A DNA stretch of 64,000 nt from Tubulanus polymorphus (Eukaryota > Animalia > Nemertea). Every line of letters begins with the position of its first letter. The stretch's first letter is position 1. The stretch covers positions 1,426,001-1,490,000 of the forward strand of contig NC_134031.1 in the NCBI RefSeq assembly GCF_964204645.1, given 5' to 3'. The translations under genes were made by a program, and so were the position numbers. This document shows positions 1 to 10,783 of the stretch, piece after piece. The notes under the pieces are model-generated. The model was not told the DNA's origin and did no database searches. It saw nothing but the letters and a program-made list of their open reading frames with translations.

Positions 1-174
1 CGACAGGTACGTCAAAATTATTTCACTTCCTGTTTTGACTTGGTCTCAATAGAAATAGGCTTTATATATAGGAATGGATAGATGTGCAAATACAAACGAT
101 TTTACTTGAAAACCTATTGAGAATTACATTATGCCATTATTATAATGGGTAAGATATTAGTATATTTTCTTCAG

Positions 175-975
175 ACCCGAACACTAATAGCCCGTGCCCG
201 TCTGGTTGGATTAGTCGGGGACGATCGTGTTATTTCATCTCGGATGAGAAGTTAACCTGGGCCGCCGCTCGGGCGAAATGTTTACTGTTAAACTCTACAT
301 TAGCCGTAAACAGCAACCCGAATGAGAATCAGTTCTGGAAACGGCAGATTGTCGACAAAACGCGATCATGGTTCATGTTGTTTACGGAGCCTCGGTGGTG
401 GTTGGGTGCTGCTCGCTATGGTCGCAAGGCTGAGGATGATGATATATCAACAGATACCGGTAAGAGAGAACACTTCCAAATTCACGATGAGAAATGTTGG
501 AAATGAACCTGTATGGTGTCAAGTTGATAAACACGATGACTTGAAATGAGGAGTTTTCGCTACTAGTGCATACATACATCTTCACGTTGATCGAATCCAT
601 CCAAACAGTTACATTGATAATCTTACCTCCATTCAATAGGATCCATATTTTCGGGATTTTTCAAGAAGGTAGCTGGATTTTTTGGACTCGGTGCCGATCA
701 AGAGGACACCCTTGATTCCAGTGCGTAGTGGATCGAAAATCATCATTACAAAAAGTCTTATCAGTTATGCAAATTATCCTTTTTTATTTTTCATATCTAT
801 ACGAAAGAATGGATTTGGGAAGATTGGTCGACAGCGCCTTTGACAAGATACTATTGGATTCATAAACCGGATGATTCTGATAATCTGAAATGTTTGATGT
901 TGCGGCTCAGTGGTTTGTGGCAATCTGAAAACTGTGCCGAAAAGAACTATTACATTTGCGAAAGAACAAGCGGAG
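175..975 (+). other. C-type lectin-like domain 1 (exons 175-459, 808-975)
   Basis: CPSGWISRGRSCYFISDEKLTWAAARAKC...WWLGA...WIWED...CLML...LWQSENCAEKNYYICE gives the canonical CTLD Cys/Trp pattern. No EPN/QPD or WND motif. Confidence 0.9.
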
Positions 976-3900
976 GTTAACTAAATTCATCATTACTGTG
1001 AATTCATTGCGACATATAATGAATGCAAGATTTTTTCGAACTTATTTCATTGAAAATTTCTGTTCCAAACGGATATTTTCAGAGCGATATATTCAACAGT
1101 TTTCGGAACGCCCGTCATCGCTGATTTGCCCGGGAAAGAAGCGAATTAAACTGACCACGTGGCGAATCGGTCCGGACTGGAGCGATGCGAAAGCAGACCC
1201 GATGAAATGTCCATTGTCGAATACGGCAAGTATACTTATTTACACAAAGATTAGAACTGTGAAGATTTTGTGAATAACGGCCTCGATATTCGAAAGGTAA
1301 AAAAGAGTTAAATTTAGTTTTTGTGTCAGGTTATGGACGACTGGTCGAAAGCTGTCTCAGTTTGCGACGGAAAAACGAGATGTGATTATGATTTCAAAGC
1401 TGTTTATGCTTATGACGTTTGTAACGAGGTCAAAAAGGTTTCCTACTTGCAGTATTCGTGTATTCGCCCTACAGGTAATCAGACGATCTCACTGAACTCC
1501 TGACATTCATGGTCCCGGCTTCTTGTATCAGGAATAAATTACAACATCTGCTAAACGACTCATACGTTTTAAACATTTCCGGGATTGTTCTTTCTATAAT
1601 GAAGTTCGTTTTCAGTTTGTCCCAATACGACAAAAACAGTTAAAACATGGATCACACGGAACAGAATGTGCTACGGGAGTCACACACGAGTGACCAATTC
1701 ATACGAGTCAGAATACCAGTGTCAAACATACAGCCGTTTAGGTCATCTATTAAGCATTTTAGACCCGGAAGAAAATGAATGGATAAAACCATCGTAAGTT
1801 GAATATTTCTAATCTATATTTTTAAAGATCGATTCGTCGATTAGAAAAGTATCATATTTCTTTTCGAAGTATGTATATAATCGTTAATTAGTCGTAGTAC
1901 TATGATATTGATGGAAGCTCGCACTGTCCAATCAGAATCAGCCCGTCTTGACTGGCTTTCTGCGATTAATCGTCAGTTCTGTCCCTATGTCGTCGACGAA
2001 CAATAACGCGACACTTCATTTCTTCTTGTTCACATTTTATAAAGATTACTTCTACGCCATAAAATACGGCGCCATTCCGATCGTAGTTATCGGTAATATC
2101 GGGAACCTGTTATCATTCGTGGTTTTATTTTCTTCGAAATTCTATCGTAATTCATCGTCCGGTATTCTGATGATGTTTCTAGCTTTTTTCGATACTCTAG
2201 ATATAGATCTTGAATTGTTGATGAGTAAGTTCACGCGAGTGGCTTACTGGCCCGACTCGCTGTACGATATTCGCGCAGTGTCGCAGGTGTCGTGCGTGTC
2301 GCTGACGTTTCTGACCAAATTCGCCGAACACATGTCATCGTGGATCATCGTTTTACTGACGGTCGAACGTTGTATCTGCGTCGTATCGCCTACGAAAGCC
2401 AGAACTATTTGGACCGCGAGAAAAGCTATGATTTTCTTCGCGATCGTTTTCGTATTCGTCGGCGCCGTGAACTCGAGCGTACTCGCCGGTAGCGTCAGGA
2501 GAATCATCGACCGAGGTGAATACGTCTGCCTAGCACCGACAGCCGCCTGGCGAACTTACCGCACTAAATACCGAGTCTGGGTGGACGCAGCTATGTATTC
2601 GATACTACCATTTCTATTCATCGCTACTTGTAATACGATCATCATTGTCCAATTGAATCGATCTCGCATCGTAGCGAAACATCTCAACAAAACGGCCAAC
2701 AAAAATACAGATTCGCGTTATGATAATTTGACTCGTTTGCTTTTAACCGTTAACATGGTATTCATTACTACAACGCTACCCTATCAAGCCTCCTTGATAC
2801 ATTCCACCATTACGTCACCGAGGTTGTTCGCTATTTTTGTCTTGATGAAACACTCGAATCATGCTATTAATTTTTTCATCTACTGTCTCGCCGGTTCGTT
2901 CTTCAGAGAACAGTTCGCGACACTTATTAGGAGAACGGTTTGTGGTTTAAATTGACTTGAAGAATTTCCATTGATAGCACCCCCCCCCCCCCCACTCAAA
3001 CCGCCCCCCTCCCCTCTCCGTGTCCAATATCTGAATTAAACGCTGTATTCAGACTGAGCTTGCAGTTATGAAATATTTATGCTAATAAGCTTGTAATCAA
3101 TGAAGCCTTATCAGTTTTTCCGATTTTTATCGAATCAACTAGTTCTGAATATCAAATTCTAGAATTGCTGCTCAATAAAAAGTGGATATCTCAACGAGTC
3201 AATAGATATAAGTCAATAGGTCAATAAATAGTGAATGAAATTTGTATAAATATGAAGATGGGAAATATCTACACAACTCATTGAAGCTACGCAGAGATTT
3301 TTACCGCGTTCAGCATCGTTTCAATATTTAATGCATAGTTCCACAAGTTACGTTGGGCTTTTTTGAGTCGGGTTTGGTTTTGAGCTGAACCGAACTCACA
3401 TGTGTGTGGAACTGGGAATATTGAAATACTAAATATTTTGTCTAATTTTCTTAAAATGAGAAACAACTATCAGAGTTTTGTAACTAGAATCTATTTCAGT
3501 GTTATGTCTGCCTCGTAAATGGAACATAAAAAAGCACGTAACATTAACAAAATATTACTCATTGATTGTTCTAGAAATATCCATTAGATCCATGTTAGTT
3601 TTTTGTTCCATCGAATTTATCTGCAAACGACAAAACAGATTAATCAATCATTTAAAACAATTCTATTTTGCCTCATAATCAATTCCATGGTTTGCGACGA
3701 TTCATTTCCATACAAATAATCGTTTGCTTTTACCTCATGAAAATTCATTTCGTTGTCCATCAGGGGTTTATACCGCACGAATGCCTTCCGGCGATGCGGT
3801 TTGTGCTAAAAATCATATTGCCACGGATGTCATACAAGTTTTGTCTATATCTGTCTCTTTTTTTATTTCCAAACAATGTAAGAGAAAAAAGTAAAAAACA

Positions 3901-6900
3901 AACATCTATTTGCGTAAATTTGCCTGACGAGACCGAGGACATTAACAAGAGGATCATTATTTTGAGGACCAACTATTATCGTTATTTTGAAAGAATATTG
4001 TAGATTACAACCTTCCAAGGGATTAAGGGATTGTAGAAAAATGGAACATGAGATAATACAGAATGTAAGGGAATATAAAAAGAGACGTATATTCTTGTAA
4101 ATTCGATAATGAACGATTAGAAAGCGCGGACTCATTGAAAACAATACACTATAAATATCGGATTTCAAATCAACCATTTTCATCAATTTATAGATTATCG
4201 AAATTCGAACGAATCGGTTTCAAGCGAATTTCAACCGGTACTGGTCTGAAATCGATGGACGGCCACGAGATCGATTGGTCCTGGGCCAGTATTCCTAAAA
4301 CAATACGTCAGACCAGTTGCGTATTTACTGTCAGACTCGAAGGGACATCATCGGTCACGTGGAAAGCGGACGATTGTTTTAAATTGTCCAGATTCACGTG
4401 TAAAATCCCAGATCTGAGTGAGTAACCCAGAATATTCCATCCTATTATAGAGACATTGATGAAACATTCCGAGTACGTGTTGTTGCGATGATATATTAAG
4501 ACAAAATCTGACAATATGAAAGAAAATGTTTCCTCGAGCTAACATTCTTTTCGACGTTTAATTGACTCAATTCTGATAGTACCTGTATTCCTGAAGATGA
4601 CTATTAGGATATAGTCTCGAAACTTCGAACACACGACTAGCTCAAGGAGACATTTTTGATTCGCTTTTCAGCCTAAACTCAGATCATTTCATTTTCGTTT
4701 TATCGGGTCGGATGTGAACTCAACACACCTCGTACCGCACGGTTTACAGTATGCTCATTCTAGGTTGTACGCATCCTATTGGACTTGAAGATGGATCATT
4801 TTCGGACTTCCAAATCGGAGCATCTTCGACTCCATCGTGGAGTCATTTACCATCGAGCGCCAGACTTCATAATCAGAATTCCGCTTGGTGCGCCGGAACC
4901 GGAAGCTATATACAGTTTACATTTTTACATCCGTTACATTTTTTCGGTATGATAATAATCTGATGGTTTGTCTCGCAGTAGCGACTAATCAGAAAGTTGT
5001 ATTGAGAGCATTTCCTTCGAAATTAAAATTTTTGCTTTGTAGGAATTCAGACTCAAGGTTGGCAAAGTTCTTTCGTTACCTCATATAACGTGTCTGTACT
5101 GCAGAACAACGCGTGGTCGTCAGTATTCAACCAAAACGGCGGAAAGGTATGTAAAACATTGCGAATAGAATGTCTTACGTTCGTCTCATCAGTGTTCGAT
5201 ACACTTTGTATCGCATGCGAAAATTTGTTGTTAGTCGAATAAAATACTCTAATCCGTGTCAACTGTAGATATATGAAAAAGTTCCACAATAGAATTTTAT
5301 GCGGTGGTGATTTATTAAAACGAAACCACAACAGTGTCTGATAAGTTGGTTTGAGTGGTTTCCACCTGGGGCCGGTTGCATAGTCATGGCTTAGACTTAA
5401 GACCAGTCTAAGACCAACTTAGTTCTATAGCCAGTCTAACAACTTAAGACCAATACGAAAAATAAATATCTATCTATATATCTAAGACCAGTCTTAAGAT
5501 TTAAGACCCCTTTTGGACTTAAGTCATGACTATGCAACTGGCCCCAGATGCTTACTGTTAATGTCAAGAGCCGAAATTTGTGGTTTCGTTTAGATAAATC
5601 TTCGAAATTTCACTGCATAAAATTATATTGTGGGACTTTTTTATTTCGCATGTTGCTCTAGTTAACCAAACCCTCATCGTATAAAATATGTCAATGTCGT
5701 AGGTGTTTCCTGGTAATGAAGATGGTGAAGGCGTGTTGACTAATTTCATTCACGAGCCAATAGAAGTTGAAGCGTTAAGGCTTCATATCACAGGTGGTAA
5801 TGGTGCTGGCGATTCTACAGAGGGATGCCTTCGAGTTGAGATACTCGGCTGTACGGGTATGTGTGCGAACACTTTCCCGATGAAACGTTGAATCAGGGGC
5901 GTATCTAGGAAATTTGGGAGGCAGGGGTCAAGAAAATGAGGCATTTTTCAGATAAAGCAGCCATGGCATAAGCTACAAGCGGGGTCCCACCCTCGGTGTG
6001 AGATATTTTTTAAGAAATAGATCGGATAATCCAAAAGGATGAACATAAAATTTCCATCGTAACGAAGAGGGCAACCTCAGTGGGAAGCCCCCCCCCCGAA
6101 ATCCATCCCTGCCAGTGGGAAGGCAGGAGTCCGGACCTCCGAGACCAAACCCGAAATCTGCCCCTGTGAATAAGCCCTGCTGGGCGATGTCAACGTTTGT
6201 TCGAACATTCTATAAATTTGATTAAGCCACAAATGAATTTAAAAGGAACGTTTCGATTCAGATGATGGTTCATGGAGTGATTGGAGTTCATGGTCGACTT
6301 GTTCCGCTTCGTGTGGATCTGGAATTACTAAAAGAACTCGGTTTTGTAATAAACCACGTCCTCGACTCGGTGGAAAGGATTGCGCTGGTGACGATACTCA
6401 AACAGACACTTGTATCATTCACGACTGCCCTGGTCAGTATTACACATTACGTCACGTATTCATATTATGTAAAGTGATCTACGATTGGCCCATACACAGG
6501 ATACCTCTATTCAATCGACCAATGAGAACTAAGAACACTTAAATCGACGTCATGTCTTACTTCTGGTTCAGAATTATTTAGATTCTGACAACCATCCGCT
6601 CTTCCGAAAGTGGAATCATCTACATTCTTTTTCGATTGCAATGTTACGAGGTTTCCATTTTTGCGACGTCACTGACCATCAAATTCTTGCGTCTCAGTGA
6701 AGGCAGAAATCTTCTTCGTCAATTTGATTGGTTTTATATTTTGTTTGCTAAGTTGATGGAGGTTGGAGTTGTTGGGGAGGCTGGAGCCCGTGTATTGTAC
6801 GAGACGATACAGTGTTGCTGAGTAAGAGTCGCTATCGCGTATGCGACAACCCGGCTGTAGCTAATGGTGGACGCGAGTGCTCCGGTGAACCAAACGAATT

Positions 6901-9900
6901 TGCCCCCTGTCGCCAGACAGTGAAAGCAAGCGATGCAAAGAAAGGTATTAAATCAAAACTCCTTGATTTAATCCGTAAATTCGAAATGATTTTGTATGAC
7001 ATCAAAAAAACATGATAATGTTTTATGTATTTTTCATATATTCATAATTTCCGAAAATGAGGTATATACACTTTTATTCTAGTCTTTCAAACGGAGATTT
7101 CTGACTGTGATTTTGCATCCAGTGGCTACAGACTTGATAACGCTGCATTCCTTCGCGTTGTGTAAGTGAATCAATGAAAACCCGCCCTGATATCGAGTCA
7201 TCCATATCATACACAATGTTTACTATAGTCATTTCAGATAAGGATATTCAAATATTTGTATCACGATAAATCAGAAGAATATTAGGCAATGACAGATTGT
7301 AAAATCTAAGCTGATATTGTCATTTATTATCAATTTCAGTAATATGAGTAATTGTGGTTTAACCAACCTACCTTCAGATTTACTCCATCGCGCCAATAAT
7401 TTGGAGGTTTTGTGAGTACGCCCAAGTTCAAGTTCAAGTTCAAATTTATTTCACAGAAAGCATGACAGGCTATGTACACAGGTTGAGAGAAAACCAACAA
7501 TAAAATTTACAATTTCTACACAATGTTCACACGGACCTATCTCAAATAAAAAGAAAACAAATTACAAACCTCTTTATCAAAATGTTTCTCTTTTCTACAG
7601 GGATTTACGTCAAAACAATCTGAACGATTTTCAAATACATCAACACAAGAGCTCAGCAATTCATCTGCGACATCTGTTACTGTAAGATTTTCTAAATGAA
7701 AGAGAAATCGGAATGACGGTTTAAATGTATTGTAAACTTTCCGTAGACAAAATATTAACCTAATTGGCCATACATTGACAACAACCACAGTGACCTGGTT
7801 CTAAATTCGATATAATTCTAAAGTCCAATTCACTTTACGAAATATCAGAGAACCGAAACTTCAATCTCTTCTAATTCTCAATCATGTTGCTTATGTTTTT
7901 TTTTTGTTGCAGGGATCGTAATGTCGAAGTTGATTACGTAATTGTAGCTGATCACCCACAGTTGAGGACTGAGTACGAGTCATAAGTCATAAAGTCCTAT
8001 AGACTCCTCTATGGATCTTTTGCGTGCCGTTATTCTAAGTCATTGATGTTTTTCATGGATTCAAATATTTTCAGCTCAGATTTTCGCGGTGTCCAGATCA
8101 ATTTGGGCGGAAGTGACGTCAACGACGGACAGACTGAAAACATACCGTGCAACGAACCGACGGACCTGACCATCGTCCGGGACGCTGATGACGTCATTAC
8201 CATTCGATGTTTCAATTTCGACCTATCGCATTTGAACGATTATTTCTGGGACACCAACCCGAAGAAGATTCGAATCCACGCCATTTCGGTGACGATGACA
8301 CGCGACGTATCCGTACACTACAACCTTGAGATCGTGACGTCATCGTTTACGATGGCGGAAAATGTCGGATTTCTGTTGGATTATGAACCGACGCGTTCCC
8401 GGATGTCGGGCTGTACGGTGCAATTCATGCGTGCAAGGAATTGCAAGCGACCGACGCCTCAACTGTTACTGCTGCATTATCAAACCAGTGAATCTTCCAT
8501 AGACATTTTAACACGGTTTATCCGTAGTCCGTTTAAATGTAGCGTCCCGAATGAACCGCTGAAAGTACCAGAGTTTGACGATTTTCAACTGAAAATGTCC
8601 ATATTCTGTGCCAGAGAATTACACGAACGAGCGAATTCATCCGCATTGACGACCACAGTTTTGGAGCACGTGATAAGTTTATCCACTCGAAATATCGGGC
8701 CAGATTTCTCGGCTTTAAAAATTGAGTCGGAGAAATTTCGTATCGATTGGAAACCGGCGCGAGGCGTCACTGAGCACGAAATACCAACGTTGTCGTCCAA
8801 TGCGCAGGCGCAACAGATGCTGCGAATAGCCGCCATTTTGAATGAGTTCGATAGAGAAATAAGTGAACTTGAAAATAGAAACGAAAACGAAGAAATTCGT
8901 CTGGAATCCGCACGAAACATGATGAGAAATCAGAGAAATCGCATCGATTTAGCGAGAGCAAACCTTGGCAAGAAAACACAGGCTTTAAGAAATTCTTTAC
9001 TAACACTGGATAAGATATCTTCGGAGTTCAATCGAGCCATACTGGCAACTGAAGCGCCTCGGGCCAACTGCGAAATACATCTAAAAACTTCCGTAACCGT
9101 TAATATTTTGAAATCAATCGGGACGTTATTCAGCGGTAAAGTAGTGACGTCAGTGCAGGAAATATCGGCACAGATCGGACTTTTAGATTTACTAGATGCG
9201 ATCGAGTTCATATTAGACTCAGTTCGAAAAATAGTCGCTGCAGGGAACGAAGCATTAGACGCTAAAACGAAATACGGCGTCGATTTTGAAGACGTCGAAA
9301 AAGGATCGGAACTGAACGTGAAGATGGTAGTTTGGGACGCGTTGTCCAGTACGGTAGATACGCATTTCGATAAGGAAAAAGTGATGGCCTTACCTGGATG
9401 TGCGGCGTTCAGAAAACTGCTAAAAGACGTTACGCTTTGGGGTAAATCGATGACGCAGGAGACGATAACTTTAGCCGCTGTAACGAATGACTTTTTTCTC
9501 GCCGAGGAAAATGCGGATGCTGAAATCAGAAACTATGAGCGATTCGAGATAGAATTCGAGGCAGCTTTTACTCAAGGTTCTGTGACTAGTGAATTGGTGG
9601 TAAATGCCAGAATGCAGGCGTACTATTACAAGGAAATTGCTTATGACGCTCTTCATAAATTCTGTCGGAGTTTTTTCTATCATTATTTCATCGATTGCCC
9701 GCGGCGAGTTCGCCCTTCGATCGGCGACTCGTTAAAAACGATGTCCATCAAAATGAATTCGGCGATCAGTCTGGATTTCAGTCGCTTGTATTTCGATTGT
9801 TTTACGAAACCGGTAAAATTCGAAATCCAACTGAAAGACGACGAACGAATGAACTATTCTTCCGTCTGCGCGAGTAACGAATGCCCGATAAAACATCTCC

Positions 9901-10783
9901 GAGAAAACGGAGAGGTCTATTTTGAATTGAATCCCGATGACGTGACATTTATCGGTTATGAAAGGATTCGGGTGACGGAAATGAGAGTGTTTTTGACGGG
10001 AATTCGACCGGTGAAGGATGATACAGTTATTCGTGTTTCGTTAAGTACAGCGAGCGTGTTTAAAGATAGATATCGGTATCATGATTACCAGTTCAGAACC
10101 ACTGCTAGAAAGATAAACTTTGCCTACGTGGTAAAGACGGGTAAGAGATTAATTTTTCTATTTTTCAGATTACCTCCATTTCACTCTCATAACTTACCTT
10201 ATTGTGGTAAGTAGAGAGAAGTACTTTTCATAATGTTGATGAATGCCATTAACACCGTATAAGCGGTCATTTTTGAAGGAAGGTAAAATCTTCAAATTAA
10301 AAATGAGATAGCAAATCGTAATGATGATATATATTTTCCGCTAATACAACTCCTATTGTGGCCTCCTTAAAGCTGATATACGAATCAAGGTTTTCCGTAT
10401 ATACCCGGGGACTATACGGGCAACGCTCGGGACTGCAGCGCCATGGAGTTCTTTTCGTCCCTAACGTTTTTCGTTTGTAAAGATCTTAGATTCTCAAGCT
10501 GTTATTTTTTCCAGGTGTGATCAAAGAGCACGCTTGTATGTCGGGTACGTATGCGAATTTATTTACAGAGTTACCGCCGTTTACGAGGTGGAAATTGGAA
10601 ATTTCCGAACGCTTAAACCCAAGTCTAGACATCAGACAGTTGAAATCAGTCAGTTTGTTTTTATTAACCCACGCAACTAACACAGCGGAATGTGATTTCA
10701 ATAACAATCTATCCGGGTATAGTTCGACTAGATTTGATATTGGTGATAAAGGGAACGCCCCTCTATCACTGGAATGTACCTAA
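175..10783 (+). CDS. 5'-truncated multidomain extracellular protein: CTLD-SUEL-CTLD-F5/8C-TSP1-TSP1-LRRs-large helical toxin-like domain
   Basis: 17 phase-consistent exons: 175-459, 808-975, 1083-1225, 1330-1474, 1616-1793, 4194-4417, 4764-4946, 5043-5146, 5703-5856, 6262-6432, 6753-6944, 7083-7161, 7340-7411, 7601-7681, 7913-7972, 8075-10140, 10515-10783 (TAA). Total 4574 nt, about 1,523 aa. All introns are GT-AG except one probable GC-AG. An upstream exon ends at position 6 (CAG|GTACGT). AATAAA at 10931. Confidence 0.85.
1083..1474 (+). other. SUEL/rhamnose-galactose-binding lectin-like domain
   Basis: LICPGKKRIKL...KCP...VCDGKTRCDY...DVCNEVKKVSYLQYSC matches the SUEL cysteine spacing (divergent). 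Confidence 0.7.
1616..4417 (+). other. C-type lectin-like domain 2, split by a 2.4 kb intron
   Basis: CPN..WITRNRMCY...QC...GHLLSILDPEENEWI (1616-1793) joins in phase 2 to RIGF...CVF...WKADDCFKLSRFTCK (4194-4417). Confidence 0.8.
1987..2955 (+). CDS. Intronless rhodopsin-family (class A) GPCR, FMRFamide/peptide-receptor-like, nested in an intron
   Basis: ATG at 1987 (MSSTNNNAT, N-glycosylation site). Seven hydrophobic segments. GNLLS in TM1, LAFFD in TM2, TVERC (DRY position), LPY in TM6, NHAINFFIY (NPxxY position), FREQF helix 8. AATAAA at about 3174. Confidence 0.9.
   Translation: MSSTNNNATLHFFLFTFYKDYFYAIKYGAIPIVVIGNIGNLLSFVVLFSSKFYRNSSSGILMMFLAFFDTLDIDLELLMSKFTRVAYWPDSLYDIRAVSQVSCVSLTFLTKFAEHMSSWIIVLLTVERCICVVSPTKARTIWTARKAMIFFAIVFVFVGAVNSSVLAGSVRRIIDRGEYVCLAPTAAWRTYRTKYRVWVDAAMYSILPFLFIATCNTIIIVQLNRSRIVAKHLNKTANKNTDSRYDNLTRLLLTVNMVFITTTLPYQASLIHSTITSPRLFAIFVLMKHSNHAINFFIYCLAGSFFREQFATLIRRTVCGLN
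4764..5856 (+). other. F5/8 type C (discoidin) domain
   Basis: CTHPIGLEDGSFSDFQIGASS...ARLHNQNSAWCA...GIQTQG...FVTSY...VFPGNED...CLRVEILGC over three exons. Confidence 0.9.
5368..5545. mobile_element. MITE family A (PIF/Harbinger-like), copy 1
   Basis: Terminal inverted repeats GGGGCCGGTTGCATAGTCATG...CATGACTATGCAACTGGCCCC; internal CTTAAGACC repeats; homologous to 17074-17205 and 34709-34847. Confidence 0.8.
5894..6166. mobile_element. Non-autonomous DNA element with CAGGGGC...GCCCCTG termini
   Basis: Inverted termini, TGAAT duplicated on both flanks, GC-richer than the host intron. Confidence 0.6.
6262..6944 (+). other. Two thrombospondin type-1 repeats
   Basis: DGSWSDWSSWSTCSASCGSGITKRTRFCNKPRPRLGGKDC and VDGGWSCWGGWSPC...RYRVCDNPAVANGGREC, each encoded by a phase-1 exon. 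Confidence 0.92.
7083..7972 (+). other. Short leucine-rich repeat block
   Basis: Small exons with phase-2 junctions (including a typical 72-nt LRR exon): LRVVNMSNCGLTNLPSDLLHRANNLEVLDLRQNNLNDF...LRHLLLD. Confidence 0.75.

Noticed and set aside
1948-1986. TTG start of the nested GPCR given by the ORF track
   Set aside because: Eukaryotic gene; the in-frame ATG at 1987 is the plausible start.
8043-10214. Stand-alone 723-aa intronless gene
   Set aside because: Bounded by an in-phase acceptor (8074) and a strong donor (G|GTAAGA, 10141); the coding sequence continues in exon 10515-10783.
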